A stretch of DNA of 64,000 bases. Source: an uncultured Sphingomonadaceae bacterium. Its GTDB lineage: Bacteria; Pseudomonadota; Alphaproteobacteria; Sphingomonadales; Sphingomonadaceae. Under the pieces are notes generated by a model. That model searched no databases. It saw only the letters and a list, made by a program, of their open reading frames with translations, and was not told the DNA's origin. The position numbers were made by a program, and so were the translations under genes. Positions 27,479 through 38,505 of the stretch are shown here, in pieces. The stretch covers positions 8,280 to 72,279 of the forward strand of contig CAXUJK010000006.1 in NCBI GenBank assembly GCA_964251385.1, written 5' to 3'. Within the stretch, counting starts at the first letter, position 1; the number at the start of each line of letters is the position of its first letter.

Positions 27479-30400
27479 CTAGGCGACCGCCGCGAGCTTG
27501 GGGGCCTCGAGCACGCTCAGCGTCACGGCTTCCTCCCCCGCGACGCGCGCGATCCGCGCCGCGATCTCGGCGTCCAAAGTAAAATCCCTGCCGAGGAGAA
27601 GCGACGCGCGCATTCCGTCCGCGACAACCTCGATCTCGACATGTCCGTTGCCGCCCCGTGCGTCGACCAGTTCGGCCGCGAGCGCGTCGAGCGTCGCGCG
27701 ATCGGTCACGGTCGCGGTCAGCCGCACGCGCGTGCGGCGGCTGAGCGCCTCGAACGGCTGGATGCGCTTGACGGTGATGCGTGGGGCTTCCTCGCCGGGC
27801 TTGCGGTCGAGTTCGACCGTCAACAACCCGCATCCGCCAATCTTCGCGGCGGCTTCGATGTCGGTCGCGACATTATCGTCGAACACGGTCGCCTCGAATT
27901 GGCCCGATGCGTCCGACAAACACGTTATCATGTAGCGCTTGCCCTTGGCCGAGGTGCGCCAGCGTGCGTCCTCGACAAGCCCGGCCATCAGCGCGCCCGT
28001 GCGCCCGCCTTCGGGTGACGATCCCGCCAGCGCGGAGAAGCTGCGCGCGCCGTTGGCGTCGGCCAGATGCCGGTAGCGGTCGACCGGGTGCGCGGAGAAG
28101 TAGAAGCCGAACGCGTCCTTCTCGCGGGTCATGCGGTCGGCGACGCCCCATGCGGCGGAGCGCGGAAGCTGAATTGGCGCGACACCCGCATCGTTGCTGC
28201 CTCCGAAAAGCCCGCCCTGCCCGCTCTCCCGCGATTCCGCCGCGCTACACGCGTGCGCGAGGATCGTCTCGGCCGCCGCGAACACGCCCGCACGCTCGGG
28301 TGCGATACCGTCGAACGCGCCCGCGCCCGCGAGGCTCTCGATCTGCTTGCGGTTGAGCGCGCGGGCATCCACGCGGTCGGCGAAATCGTCGAGCGACTCG
28401 AACGGACCCGTCCCGATGCGCTCGGCCACGAGCTGCTCCATCGCGCCTTCGCCGACGCCTTTCAGCGCGCCAAGAGCATAGCGGACCGCGTCACCCTCGA
28501 TGGTGAACGCCGCCTCGCTCTTGTTGATGCACGGCGGCAGGCACGCGACCTTGGACCGGCGCATGTCGTCCACGAACAAGCATAACTTCTCCGTTGTGCC
28601 GATGTCGAAGCACATGGACGCGGCGAAGAATACGGTCGGGTGGTGCGCCTTGAGCCACGCGGTCTGGTACGCGATCAGCGCGTAGGCGGCGGCGTGGCTC
28701 TTGTTGAAGCCGTAGCCGGCGAACTTGTCGATGAGGTCGAACAATGCGGATGCGTCTTTCCGCGACAACCCGTTCGCGCCTGCGCCGCTGACGAAACGTT
28801 CGCGCTGCGCGTCCATCTCCGCCTGGATCTTCTTGCCCATGGCGCGGCGCAGCAGGTCGGCCTCGCCCAGCGAAAACCCCGCGACGACCTGCGCGGCCTG
28901 CATGACCTGTTCTTGGTAGACGAAGATGCCGTAGGTTTCGGCAAGCACGCCTTCGAGCAGCCGGTGCGGGTAGGCGATCGGCTCTCGGCCGTTCTTGCGC
29001 GCGCCGAACATGGGGATGTTGTCCATCGGGCCCGGTCGGTACAGCGACACGAGCGCGATGATGTCGCCGAAACTCGTCGGCTTCACCGCCGCCAGCGTGC
29101 GCCGCATGCCTTCGGACTCGAGCTGGAACACGCCGACGGTGTCGCCGCGCTGGAGCAGCGTGAACACCGCCGGATCGTCCCAGTCGAGCGCGTCGAAGTC
29201 GACGGGCGTGCCTTGGGCGGCCAGCATCTCTTTCGCGCGGCGCAGGACGGAAAGCGTCTTCAGGCCGAGGAAATCGAACTTCACCAACCCCGCGGCTTCG
29301 ACGTATTTCATGTCGAACTGCGTGACCGGCATGTCGGATCGCGGATCGCGGAACAGCGGCACGAGCGCGTCGAGCCTGCGATCTCCGATGACGACGCCAG
29401 CCGCGTGGGTCGAGGCGTGGCGCGGCAGGCCTTCGAGCTTCATCGCCAAGTCGAACAGGTTCGTGACCTGCGCATCGTTCTTGTACGCGTCCGCCAATTC
29501 GACAACGCCGTTGAGCGCGCGTTCGAGCGTCCACGGGTCGGTCGGATGGTTGGGGACGAGCTTGGCCAGCCGGTCGATCTGGCCGTAGGACATCTGCAGC
29601 ACGCGGCCCGTGTCCTTGAGGACGGCGCGCGCCTTCAATCGTCCGAAGGTGATGATCTGCGCGACGCGGTCGGTGCCGTAGCGGCTTTGGACGTAGCGGA
29701 TAACCTCGCCACGCCTGGTTTCGCAGAAATCGATGTCGAAGTCGGGCATCGATACGCGTTCGGGATTGAGGAAGCGTTCGAACAGCAGGCCGAGCCGGAT
29801 GGGATCGAGATCGGTGATCGTCAGCGCCCACGCGACGACCGACCCCGCCCCCGATCCGCGGCCGGGGCCGACGGGGATGCCTTCCGACTTGGCCCATTTG
29901 ATGAAGTCGGCGACGATGAGGAAGTAGCCCGGGAATCCCATGCCTGCGATCACGTCGACTTCGAATTCGAGGCGGTCGCGGTACGGCTGGCGGTCGGTCT
30001 CAGGCGACAGCTTGGCGAGGCGAAGCTCGAGCCCGGCGCGCGCGTCGAGGCGCAGCTGTTCGGCTTCGTCGTCCGTCAGCGTCGGCAGGATGGGCTTGCG
30101 GTGCGGTGCGGCGACGGCACAGCGGCGGGCGACGACGCCCGTGTTGGAAATCGCCTCGGGCAGGTCGGCGAACAGTTCGGCCATCTGCGCGGCGGGCTTG
30201 ATCCACGCCTCGGGGGACGAACGCACGCGCTCCTCCGTCTCGACGTAAGAAGACGCGGCGATGCACAGCATGATGTCGTGCGCGCCGTGGAAGTCGGGTT
30301 CGGCGTACGCGGCGGGGTTGGTCGCCACGAGCGGCAGGTCTCGGTCGTAAGCCAATTCGATAAGCGGGGCTTCCGCGGCCTCCTCGACCGCGTCGCCGCG

Positions 30401-30913
30401 ACGGCTGAGCTCGATGTACAGCCGGTCCGGAAACAGCGCCTCCAGCGCCAGCGCGTAGGGGGTCGCGTCCTGGCTCGCGGCGAGCAGCCGGGCGAGCGCG
30501 CCCTCCCCTCCTGCGGTCAGTGCTATCAGACCCGCGGTTCGGCCCTGCAGCACGGTCAGCGGCACGTGCGGGTCGTGTTCGGGTGGGCGCGCGATGTGCG
30601 CCTGCGACACGAGCGCGCACAGATTGGCATAGCCGACCTCGTCCTGCGCATAGAGCGCGAGCCAGTCGATAATCGGCGGCTTACCCTCGGGCGTGCCGGG
30701 ACGCGCGATAGCGAGCATCGTGCCGATCACCGGCTGCACGCCCACCTTGGCGCACGCATCGGAGAAGGGCATCGCGCCGTACAGGCCATTGCGATCCGTC
30801 AGCGCGGCGGCGGGGAAGCCGCGCGCTTGCGCGGTCTTGGCGATGTCCTTGGGATCGATCGCGCCTTCGAGCATCGTGTAGGCCGACAGGATGCGCAGCG
30901 GGACGAACGTCAT
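27479..30913 (-). CDS. dnaE: DNA polymerase III alpha subunit
   Basis: 1144 aa. Has an N-terminal PHP domain (FVPLRILSAYTMLEGA), a polymerase core (GPGRGSGAGSVVAW, PDFDIDF) and an OB fold. Confidence 0.97.
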   Translation of the reverse strand: MTFVPLRILSAYTMLEGAIDPKDIAKTAQARGFPAAALTDRNGLYGAMPFSDACAKVGVQPVIGTMLAIARPGTPEGKPPIIDWLALYAQDEVGYANLCALVSQAHIARPPEHDPHVPLTVLQGRTAGLIALTAGGEGALARLLAASQDATPYALALEALFPDRLYIELSRRGDAVEEAAEAPLIELAYDRDLPLVATNPAAYAEPDFHGAHDIMLCIAASSYVETEERVRSSPEAWIKPAAQMAELFADLPEAISNTGVVARRCAVAAPHRKPILPTLTDDEAEQLRLDARAGLELRLAKLSPETDRQPYRDRLEFEVDVIAGMGFPGYFLIVADFIKWAKSEGIPVGPGRGSGAGSVVAWALTITDLDPIRLGLLFERFLNPERVSMPDFDIDFCETRRGEVIRYVQSRYGTDRVAQIITFGRLKARAVLKDTGRVLQMSYGQIDRLAKLVPNHPTDPWTLERALNGVVELADAYKNDAQVTNLFDLAMKLEGLPRHASTHAAGVVIGDRRLDALVPLFRDPRSDMPVTQFDMKYVEAAGLVKFDFLGLKTLSVLRRAKEMLAAQGTPVDFDALDWDDPAVFTLLQRGDTVGVFQLESEGMRRTLAAVKPTSFGDIIALVSLYRPGPMDNIPMFGARKNGREPIAYPHRLLEGVLAETYGIFVYQEQVMQAAQVVAGFSLGEADLLRRAMGKKIQAEMDAQRERFVSGAGANGLSRKDASALFDLIDKFAGYGFNKSHAAAYALIAYQTAWLKAHHPTVFFAASMCFDIGTTEKLCLFVDDMRRSKVACLPPCINKSEAAFTIEGDAVRYALGALKGVGEGAMEQLVAERIGTGPFESLDDFADRVDARALNRKQIESLAGAGAFDGIAPERAGVFAAAETILAHACSAAESRESGQGGLFGGSNDAGVAPIQLPRSAAWGVADRMTREKDAFGFYFSAHPVDRYRHLADANGARSFSALAGSSPEGGRTGALMAGLVEDARWRTSAKGKRYMITCLSDASGQFEATVFDDNVATDIEAAAKIGGCGLLTVELDRKPGEEAPRITVKRIQPFEALSRRTRVRLTATVTDRATLDALAAELVDARGGNGHVEIEVVADGMRASLLLGRDFTLDAEIAARIARVAGEEAVTLSVLEAPKLAAVA

Positions 30914-30973
30914 GGCAAGGTTATGCGGGCCCCGATCGATTTGGGAAAGCGGTTAAAGCTGGCGGCGCCACCG

Positions 30974-32065
30974 CTACTCGCCCGCGATGTCGTTGATCTC
31001 CGCGATACGGTCCTCGTACGCGGACGCGACGCATTCCTCCGATCCGCAGCGATCGCGGTACGCCAGGAAGCGTAGCCGACTCGCGGATAATGCACGCTTT
31101 GTCTCGCCGTCGGCGCGATCATTGGCGCGGGAGTAGACGTTGGCCATCGCGCGGTCGCGGGCGGCAAGGTCGCTCGATCCGCATATCTGCTTCTCGACGC
31201 GACTGCGCGCGTAGCGGCAGTTGAAGCTCGGACGCGCGGTGGCCGTACGCGCCGCGCGCGGTTCGGCCTCCCCGCGTTCGTCCCGGCGCGCGGTCGCGAT
31301 GCGTGCTTCACGACGCGCGCGCTCCTCGATCTGCGCCGTGCGCGCGAGTTCGGCGCGGCGCTCGTCCTCGCGGATGCGCCGCAGGTAGGCGGTGCGCTCG
31401 GCCGCCGCGGCCGCCGCTTCGCGACTCGCCTGCGCGCGCGAGCGCTGCTGGGCGGGCGTGATCACCGGCGCGGGCGTTTCGACGTCGTCGATATCGGGCT
31501 CGGCCTCACCGACGACGGGTCCGGGCTCGGGAACGTCGATCGGGTCCGCCACCGCGACCCGCGTGGCACCTCGCGCCGGGTCGAACCCGGCCAGGCGGTA
31601 TACGATCGGCTCGCCGCCATCGATCTTGAACACGGTGCCGCTGCCGTCCGCCGCGGCTTGCGCAGAATAGGTGACATCGGCAGCGAGCCGCTGCCGCCCG
31701 TCGAACGCCGCGCCCGCGCCCGGGGGCAATTCGAGGATCATGCGGCCCGAACACACCGTCAGCCCGAGCGCCTCGTCGCGGCTTTCGAGCAGCGGGTTTT
31801 CCATGCGCACGACCGACGCATCGGCCAGCGCGTCGAGGCTTTCCGTGTCGCGTTCGCGGATGCGCTTGGCTTCGTCGAACGCGGACTCCTTCAACCGGAG
31901 GTAGGTCGCATTGGCCGCGCACAACCTGCCCGCGGCCGACGACGTCTTCGTGGTAGTCGTCGCAACCTTGTTCTCCGCCTGTTTGGCACCGCCGAGCAGG
32001 TCGCAGCCGCCCAGACCAAGCATCAGAGCGGGCACCGCCGCCAGCCTTGCGAACTCACGCATCAC
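30974..32065 (-). CDS. Lipoprotein, hypothetical, with an Arg/Glu-rich segment and a Cys-containing C-terminal module (tentatively LprI/DUF1311-like)
   Basis: Has the lipobox ALMLGLGGC. The C-terminus reads [27 protein letters not shown]...[14 protein letters not shown]. Confidence 0.6.
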   Translation of the reverse strand: MMREFARLAAVPALMLGLGGCDLLGGAKQAENKVATTTTKTSSAAGRLCAANATYLRLKESAFDEAKRIRERDTESLDALADASVVRMENPLLESRDEALGLTVCSGRMILELPPGAGAAFDGRQRLAADVTYSAQAAADGSGTVFKIDGGEPIVYRLAGFDPARGATRVAVADPIDVPEPGPVVGEAEPDIDDVETPAPVITPAQQRSRAQASREAAAAAAERTAYLRRIREDERRAELARTAQIEERARREARIATARRDERGEAEPRAARTATARPSFNCRYARSRVEKQICGSSDLAARDRAMANVYSRANDRADGETKRALSASRLRFLAYRDRCGSEECVASAYEDRIAEINDIAGE

Positions 32066-32783
32066 TTACCTCGCTCAAGACCCGCTCGTCCGGCCGGCCG
32101 CGTTCTTCTAGTCGGCCCTCGTGCAGCCGCACCACCCGGTCCATCTTGGCCGCAAGCCGGACATTATGCGTCGCAACCAGCGCGGCGCTGCCTTCGTTCC
32201 GCACGAGCCGCAGGAACTCCTCCAGGACGATGTCCGCAGTGGCCTCGTCGAGATTGCCGGTGGGCTCGTCCGCCAAGACGAGCTTGGGCGCGTTGGCGAG
32301 CGCGCGGGCGACGGCGACCCGCTGCTGCTCGCCGCCCGACAATTGGCTGGGCCGGTGCGTCAGGCGGTGGCCAAGCCCCAGCGCGCCCAGTAGCGTCGCG
32401 GCGCGCGCTTCCGCGTCGGCGGCGGTGGCACCGAAGATGAGTTGGGGCAGGACGACGTTTTCCGACGCGTTGAAGTCGGGCAGCAGATGATGGAACTGGT
32501 AGACGAAGCCCAAAGCGGTGCGGCGCAGGCGCGTGCGGCCTTCATTGTCCAGGCTCGCCGCTTCTTCGCCCGCGATGCGGATCGATCCGTCGAAGCCGCC
32601 TTCGAGCAGGCCGACCGCCTGGAGAAGTGTGGACTTGCCCGAACCGGAGGGCCCCAGAAGCGCGACGATTTCTCCGGATGCGACGGACAGGTCGACACCG
32701 CGCAAGACTTCGATCGTCGTGTCGCCTTGGGTGAAGCTTCGCGTCAGGCCTTCGACGACCAGCGCGTCGCCAGCGTCACTCAT
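32055..32783 (-). CDS. lolD: Lipoprotein-releasing system ATP-binding protein LolD
   Basis: Contains Walker [10 protein letters not shown], the signature [14 protein letters not shown] and Walker [13 protein letters not shown]. It follows the permease gene. Confidence 0.9.
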   Translation of the reverse strand: MSDAGDALVVEGLTRSFTQGDTTIEVLRGVDLSVASGEIVALLGPSGSGKSTLLQAVGLLEGGFDGSIRIAGEEAASLDNEGRTRLRRTALGFVYQFHHLLPDFNASENVVLPQLIFGATAADAEARAATLLGALGLGHRLTHRPSQLSGGEQQRVAVARALANAPKLVLADEPTGNLDEATADIVLEEFLRLVRNEGSAALVATHNVRLAAKMDRVVRLHEGRLEERGRPDERVLSEVSDA

Positions 32784-34026
32784 ACCGCAGCACCTGCACC
32801 GGATCCGTGCTCGCCGCCTTGAACGCGGGATAGAGCGTTGCCAGGAAGCTGAACAGAAGCGCCATGACGATGATCGCGACGACCTCGAAAGGGTCGGTTT
32901 TGGACGGCAGTTCGGTCAGGAATCGGATGGAAGGGTCCCACAGATTCTGCCCGGTTACCGCTTGCACGAAGTTCACCACGCCCTGGCGGAAGAACAGGAA
33001 CAGGGCCCCCAACGCGCACCCCGCCATGATGCCGATCACGCCGACGATCGTCCCGACCGTCATGAACACCTTGAGGATGCTCGCGCGCGACGCGCCCATC
33101 GTGCGCAGGATGGCGATGTCGCGCATCTTGGCGCGCGCGAGCATGATGAGGCTCGACAAGATGTTGAACACCGCGACCAGGATGATGATCGAAAGGACGA
33201 CGAACATCGCGATGCGCTCGACCTCCAGCGCCTCGAACAGTGCCGCGTTCATCTGACGCCAGTCGGTGACGACCGCCCGCCCCTGCGTCTGCGCCGCCAG
33301 CGGCCGCAATATGTCGCCGACCTTGTCTGCGTCCTCCGTTTCGATCTCGACCATCCCGACAGCATCACCCAGCAGGAGCAACGTCTGCGCGTCGTCGATC
33401 GGCATGACGACATAGGCGCTGTCGAAATCGTGCACGCCGACTTCGAAGATGGCGGCCACCTCGTACAGGACAGATCGCGGCACGGTTCCGAACGGCGTCG
33501 TGCGGCCTTCTGGGCTGATCACGGTGATCGTGCCGCCGACGTTGACGCCCAGCGCCTCGGCCAATCGCACGCCGACCGCGACGCGCTCCGACCCGGGGGT
33601 GAGCGCGGCGAGGCTGCCCGACAGGACCTTGCCATTGAGTGTCGGGTTGTTGCGGATATCCTGCGACCGCATTCCGCGCAGCAGCACCCCTTCGACACGG
33701 CCGCTGTGGCTCGCCATGAGCGGCTGTTCGATAAGCGGGGTCGCGGACGTGACGCCGGGCGTGGCGCGCGCTTCCTCGACGATCTGACGCCAGTCGGGAA
33801 GGCGTCCGCCGTAGCCCTGAACCATGGCATGGCCGTTGAGGCCGACGATCTTGTCGAACAGCTCCGCACGGAACCCGTTCATCACGGACATGACGATGAT
33901 CAGCGCGGCAACGCCGAGCATGACCGCCACGGTGCTGATCGACGCGACGAGGAAGATGAACCCCTCTCCCTTGCCGGGGAGGAGGTAGCGCTTGGCGATC
34001 ATGCGTTCGTAGCGGTTGAGGATCAT
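32776..34026 (-). CDS. lolC: Lipoprotein-releasing system transmembrane subunit LolC/E
   Basis: 416 aa with a MacB/FtsX-type fold. Starts [23 protein letters not shown] and has a C-terminal FtsX domain. Confidence 0.9.
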   Translation of the reverse strand: MILNRYERMIAKRYLLPGKGEGFIFLVASISTVAVMLGVAALIIVMSVMNGFRAELFDKIVGLNGHAMVQGYGGRLPDWRQIVEEARATPGVTSATPLIEQPLMASHSGRVEGVLLRGMRSQDIRNNPTLNGKVLSGSLAALTPGSERVAVGVRLAEALGVNVGGTITVISPEGRTTPFGTVPRSVLYEVAAIFEVGVHDFDSAYVVMPIDDAQTLLLLGDAVGMVEIETEDADKVGDILRPLAAQTQGRAVVTDWRQMNAALFEALEVERIAMFVVLSIIILVAVFNILSSLIMLARAKMRDIAILRTMGASRASILKVFMTVGTIVGVIGIMAGCALGALFLFFRQGVVNFVQAVTGQNLWDPSIRFLTELPSKTDPFEVVAIIVMALLFSFLATLYPAFKAASTDPVQVLRYE

Positions 34027-35336
34027 GCGCTCAACGTCGCGACGGCAGCCTCGATCGACAACTCCTGACGCTCGCCCGTCTCGCGACGCTTAAGTTCGAC
34101 CAAGCCCGTCTTCAGTCCGCGCGGGCCGACGATGAGCTGCCACGGCAGGCCGATCAGGTCCATCGTCCCGAACTTGACCCCGCCGCGTTCGTCGCGGTCG
34201 TCGTAGAGCGTTTCGACCCCGGCCGTCGTGAGTTGCGCGTAGAGATCGTCCGACGCGGCGGTGCAGGCCGCGTCGTCGCCGCGCATGTTGACGAGGCCGA
34301 CGCGATACGGCGCGACCGCTTCGGGCCATATAATGCCCGCGTCGTCGTGGCCCGCCTCGATCACCGCGCCGACGAGGCGGGAGACGCCGATGCCGTAGCT
34401 TCCCATCTGCGGTACCACGGGCGCGCCGTCGGGGCCGGACACGGCCAGGCCCATGCTCTTCGAATATTTGTCGCCGAAGTAGAAGATATGTCCGACCTCG
34501 ATCCCGCGAGACTGGCGGAGCGCGTCGCCGGCCTCCGTCTCGCGCCCGGGATCGCGCTTTTCGTCCGTGGCGGCATAGTCGGTGGTGAGTTCGTCGACAT
34601 AGGCCTGCAACGCGCCCGCGTCGTCCGCGTCGACATCGGTGCCGCGATCGGCGTCCCAATTGCCGTGGTAGAAGACTTCACTCTCGCCGGTAGGCGCGAG
34701 CACGATGAATTCGTGGCTGAGGTCGCCCCCGATCGGGCCCGTGTCCGCCTGCGTCGGGATCGCGCGCAGGCCCATGCGGGCGAACGTGCGCAGGTAGGCG
34801 ACGAACATGCGGTTGTAGCTGTGCCTGGCCCCGGCTTCGTCGACGTCGAAACTGTAAGCGTCCTTCATAAGGAACTCGCGCCCGCGCATGACGCCGAAGC
34901 GCGGGCGGACCTCGTCTCGGAACTTCCACTGGATGTGGTACAGGATGCGCGGCAGGTCGCGGTAGCTGGCGACGCCACCGGCGAAGATCTGCGTCACCAT
35001 CTCCTCGTTGGTCGGGCCGTACAGCATGTCGCGGCCGTGGCGATCCCGGATGCGCAGCATCTCGGGTCCGTACGCCTCGTACCGCCCCGACTGCCGCCAC
35101 AAGTCGGCGGACTGCAGTGTCGGCATCAGCATCTCGATCGCGCCCGCGCGGTCCTGCTCCTCGCGCACGATCGCCTCGATCTTGTCCAGCACACGCAGGC
35201 CCAGCGGCAGCCACGCGTAGATGCCCGACGCGGTCTGGCGCACGAGGCCTGCGCGCAGCATCAGCCGGTGACTGACGATCTGCGCGTCCGACGGTGCCTC
35301 CTTCGTCACGGGCAGGAAGTATCGGGACATGCGCAT
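34023..35336 (-). CDS. proS: Proline-tRNA ligase (short alphaproteobacterial type)
   Basis: Trimmed to the ATG at 35336 ([30 protein letters not shown]). Class II motifs are present. Confidence 0.95.
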   Translation of the reverse strand: MRMSRYFLPVTKEAPSDAQIVSHRLMLRAGLVRQTASGIYAWLPLGLRVLDKIEAIVREEQDRAGAIEMLMPTLQSADLWRQSGRYEAYGPEMLRIRDRHGRDMLYGPTNEEMVTQIFAGGVASYRDLPRILYHIQWKFRDEVRPRFGVMRGREFLMKDAYSFDVDEAGARHSYNRMFVAYLRTFARMGLRAIPTQADTGPIGGDLSHEFIVLAPTGESEVFYHGNWDADRGTDVDADDAGALQAYVDELTTDYAATDEKRDPGRETEAGDALRQSRGIEVGHIFYFGDKYSKSMGLAVSGPDGAPVVPQMGSYGIGVSRLVGAVIEAGHDDAGIIWPEAVAPYRVGLVNMRGDDAACTAASDDLYAQLTTAGVETLYDDRDERGGVKFGTMDLIGLPWQLIVGPRGLKTGLVELKRRETGERQELSIEAAVATLSA

Positions 35337-35669
35337 GGGCGGAGGAAGGTACGTCCGATCGGAGGTGAGCGGGACGTCTAGAGTTGCGCGCGGATCAAGG
35401 CAACCAAGAGGGCGACGGAGCCTCTGTGGCGCGGGCGACACAGGCCCGTGACATAATCCGTCGCCCGAACGCTTTGGCGATGACAATCGCGGACACGCGG
35501 CCTAGCTCCCGTGGACGAAACACGGCTTCGGCGGTGGTTCGGGGAGAGCCGATCCCGCGTTCTGACTGACGCGTGCGGGTCGGTTTGACCAAAGGGGGCT
35601 GACGAGCGATCGTCACGCGGGCGCCTGGGTTGCTTTATGGCGATCCAGGCGTTTGTCGTTCAGGACAGC

Positions 35670-35705
35670 TTAGTCGACGCACCCTCGTTAGTCGACGCAC
35701 CCTCG
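35670..35705. repeat. Perfect 18-bp tandem duplication spanning a stop codon
   Basis: TTAGTCGACGCACCCTCG occurs twice (35670-35687 and 35688-35705). On the minus strand this reads CGAGGGTGCGTCGACTAA twice, so the gene end RGCVD* is duplicated. Confidence 0.9.
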
Positions 35706-36074
35706 CCGCCAGCGTTTGACGAAGTTCACGCCTGCTTCGTACCCCTGTTTCGCTTCGTCCGCGCGACTGCAAAGGTCGTAATTGTCGCCTGATAGGCGGC
35801 ACGTCGTCATGAAGGCGTCGACATCCGCCGCCGTGAATTTGACCTCCGGCGCGAACACCACGCGCTTCTCGCGGACATCGAAGATGAATCGGGTGTACCC
35901 GCGCGTACCGCCCGCGCCGACGGCGTGCACTTCGCCGCAGACGAGATCGTCCTTTTCCTTGATCGCTTGGAAGCGGACCGCGCGGCTGTCGGGAAAATAC
36001 GACGCCACGGCATCCTGAGTGTCTCCGCGTCCGCAGCTGGCCAACAGCAGGCAAACCGCGGCAAGCGTCTTCAT
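35688..36074 (-). CDS. Lipoprotein, hypothetical (128 aa), translationally coupled to mntH
   Basis: Has the lipobox [14 protein letters not shown]|G. Its ATG overlaps the mntH stop (ATGA). Confidence 0.6.
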   Translation of the reverse strand: MKTLAAVCLLLASCGRGDTQDAVASYFPDSRAVRFQAIKEKDDLVCGEVHAVGAGGTRGYTRFIFDVREKRVVFAPEVKFTAADVDAFMTTCRLSGDNYDLCSRADEAKQGYEAGVNFVKRWRRGCVD

Positions 36075-37420
36075 GTGAACACGAACCCGAAGAGAAGCTT
36101 GAGATTGAGTCCGATGATGACCGCGCTGATCAGCCACGCCAGCCCCTTCATCCACACCGGGTTGACGAAGCGACCCATCAGCTTGCGGTCGGACGTGAAC
36201 TGGACGAGCGGGACGACCGCGAAGGGCAGTTGCAGGCTGAGCACGACCTGGCTGAGGATGAGCAGCTTGGCGGTGCCGCTCGTGCCGTACAGGCTGGCGA
36301 CGATAACGGCGGGCACGATCGCGATCCCGCGCGTGATGAGGCGGCGCGCCCAGGCGGGCAGGCGCAGGTTGAGAAAACCCTCCATGACGATCTGTCCCGC
36401 GAGCGTCGCGGTGATCGTCGAATTCTGGCCCGAGGCGAGCAGCGCGACCGCGAACAGCGTGCTCGCGACGCCGACTCCCAGCATCGGCGTGAGCAGCTGA
36501 TACGCGTCCTGTATCTCGGCGACGTCCGTGCGCCCGACGCTGTGGAACGCGGACGCGGCGAGGATCAGGATGGACGCGTTGATGAACAAGGCGAGCGTCA
36601 GCGCGACCGTACTGTCGATCGTGGCGAAGCGGATCGCCTGGCGCTTGCCCGCCTCGTCCTGGTCGTATGCGCGCGTCTGCACGATCGAGGAATGCAGATA
36701 GAGATTGTGCGGCATCACCGTGGCCCCCAGAATGCCGATCGCGATGTAGAGCATCGCGGAATTGGTGATGATCTCCGGCGTGGGGACGAGCCCTCCCGCG
36801 ATGGCCGCGAGGCTGGGCTGCGAGAAGAAGAGCTCGAACGCGAAGCAGCCCGCGATGATGATAAGCAGCGCGACGATGAACGCCTCGAGCTTGCGAAAGC
36901 CGTATTGCTGCAGGAGCAGGATCAGGAAGACATCGAGGCCCGTCAGGCACACGCCCCAGACGAGCGGTATGCCAAACAGGAGCTGGAGCGCGATCGCGGT
37001 GCCGATGACCTCGGCCAGGTCGCACGCGATGATCGCAAACTCGCACAGCACCCACAGCGCAAAGCGGATCGGCGGGCTGTAGCGGTCGCGGCAGGCTTGG
37101 GCGAGGTCGAGACCGGTGACGATGCCGAGCTTGGCGGACAGCGATTGCAACACCATCGCCATCATGTTCGACAGCAGGATGACGGACAGCAGCGTGTATC
37201 CGAACGCGGATCCGCCCGCGAGGTCGGTCGCCCAGTTGCCGGGGTCCATGTAGCCGACCGCGACGAGATATCCGGGTCCGGCGAACGCGCCGAGCTTCGT
37301 CCAGAAGCGGCCCGCGCCGTCGGGCACGGCTACGGTACGGTAGGATTCTGAAAGACTTGGCCGCCGCACCAGGGGTGCGACGGCCGAAGGGAGAGCGGGA
37401 TCGTGCGTCGGAGGTGTCAT
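36071..37420 (-). CDS. mntH: Nramp-family divalent metal (Mn2+/Fe2+) transporter MntH
   Basis: 449 aa. Contains the motif [16 protein letters not shown] and roughly 11 TM helices. Confidence 0.95.
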   Translation of the reverse strand: MTPPTHDPALPSAVAPLVRRPSLSESYRTVAVPDGAGRFWTKLGAFAGPGYLVAVGYMDPGNWATDLAGGSAFGYTLLSVILLSNMMAMVLQSLSAKLGIVTGLDLAQACRDRYSPPIRFALWVLCEFAIIACDLAEVIGTAIALQLLFGIPLVWGVCLTGLDVFLILLLQQYGFRKLEAFIVALLIIIAGCFAFELFFSQPSLAAIAGGLVPTPEIITNSAMLYIAIGILGATVMPHNLYLHSSIVQTRAYDQDEAGKRQAIRFATIDSTVALTLALFINASILILAASAFHSVGRTDVAEIQDAYQLLTPMLGVGVASTLFAVALLASGQNSTITATLAGQIVMEGFLNLRLPAWARRLITRGIAIVPAVIVASLYGTSGTAKLLILSQVVLSLQLPFAVVPLVQFTSDRKLMGRFVNPVWMKGLAWLISAVIIGLNLKLLFGFVFT

Positions 37421-37452
37421 CGATTTGCCAATGGCACGTTCCGGCGCGCGAA

Positions 37453-38469
37453 TTAAGTGCGCGTTACAGGTCCGCTCTGGCGGATGACGCCATTGACCCC
37501 GGACGGGAAGAAACCGCCCGAAGTCGCGACACCGCTGTTCGCGTACACGATGTTGAGGACCTTGTCGGCGGTGCGGGCGTAGGTGAGACCGTTCGCATCG
37601 ACCGGTACGATGTTCGACTCCTCCGGCGAAATCGCGACCGTTCCCTGATCCTGATCGCCGTTCGTATCGAATCGGTCGCGCACGCCGGAGATGCTGGCGG
37701 AGCGGAAGCGAACGTCGTTGTTGCCGATGCCGCGCGCGTAAAGAAGCGTCCGGATCAGGCTCGCGTGATAGGCCTCCGCCGCAAGGATGCCGGCGGCCGC
37801 CGTCAGCGTCGTCTTGTTGGCGATCAACGGTGCCGCGCCCTGGTAGGCAGTCACACCGACATCCTCGAAGATGAAGGCACCGAGCAGGAACGATTCGTCG
37901 TTCGCATACGGGTTGAACCCGGGAAGACCGGCCTCGAGCGCAAAACCCGCGAACGCGCTGCCCGGCGCGACGCTGACGTCGATGTTCGGGGCGGCCACCG
38001 CCGTCGCACCGATGGCGGTACGCAGGAAGCGAACGTGAGCAATCTCGTCCTGCGCGATCTCACGCGCATATTGCCGTACAATCGGATCCTGAAACTGAAC
38101 CTGCTGACCCGCCCTGGTCGTGCCTTGCGTACCCGCGCCGGTCTTCAGCTCGGCCGCGATGGGCGTTCCGAATACCGCGTACGAATAAAACTCAGCTTCG
38201 AGATATTCGAGGTTGAGCGCGAAGTTGAGAATGTCGCCGTCAGTGATCGGCGGCGGAGGTGGAGGCGGAGGCGGCGGAGGCGGCGGCGTCACGGCAGCGG
38301 GCGGCGGCGGCGGCACCGGCGGGTTGAAATCGTCATTGTCGTCGCTGCACGCCGCCAGCGCGCCCATCGCGACGGCCGAGACGCTCGCCGCCTTTATGAA
38401 ACTGCGGCGGCTATCGCGCCGGGCCGCTCGCGCTTCGAGGACTTCCATCAAATCTTTGTGCATCTGCAT
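37453..38469 (-). CDS. Tat-exported lipoprotein with a ferritin-like domain (PCC13-62 / Ferritin_2-like), paralogue 1
   Basis: Has the Tat motif SRRSFIK and the lipobox LAAC. A linker contains 13 consecutive Pro, followed by [20 protein letters not shown] and EIAHVRFLR. Confidence 0.8.
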   Translation of the reverse strand: MQMHKDLMEVLEARAARRDSRRSFIKAASVSAVAMGALAACSDDNDDFNPPVPPPPPAAVTPPPPPPPPPPPPPITDGDILNFALNLEYLEAEFYSYAVFGTPIAAELKTGAGTQGTTRAGQQVQFQDPIVRQYAREIAQDEIAHVRFLRTAIGATAVAAPNIDVSVAPGSAFAGFALEAGLPGFNPYANDESFLLGAFIFEDVGVTAYQGAAPLIANKTTLTAAAGILAAEAYHASLIRTLLYARGIGNNDVRFRSASISGVRDRFDTNGDQDQGTVAISPEESNIVPVDANGLTYARTADKVLNIVYANSGVATSGGFFPSGVNGVIRQSGPVTRT

Positions 38470-38505
38470 GGCCTTTCAAGCCTGAATGGATTGGGGCGGG
38501 CGAAC

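Noticed and set aside
38240-38330. A GGC/GGA-rich low-complexity tract that could be taken for a VNTR or CRISPR-like repeat.
   Set aside because: It is the antisense of in-frame proline codons within a CDS. It has no spacer-repeat periodicity.
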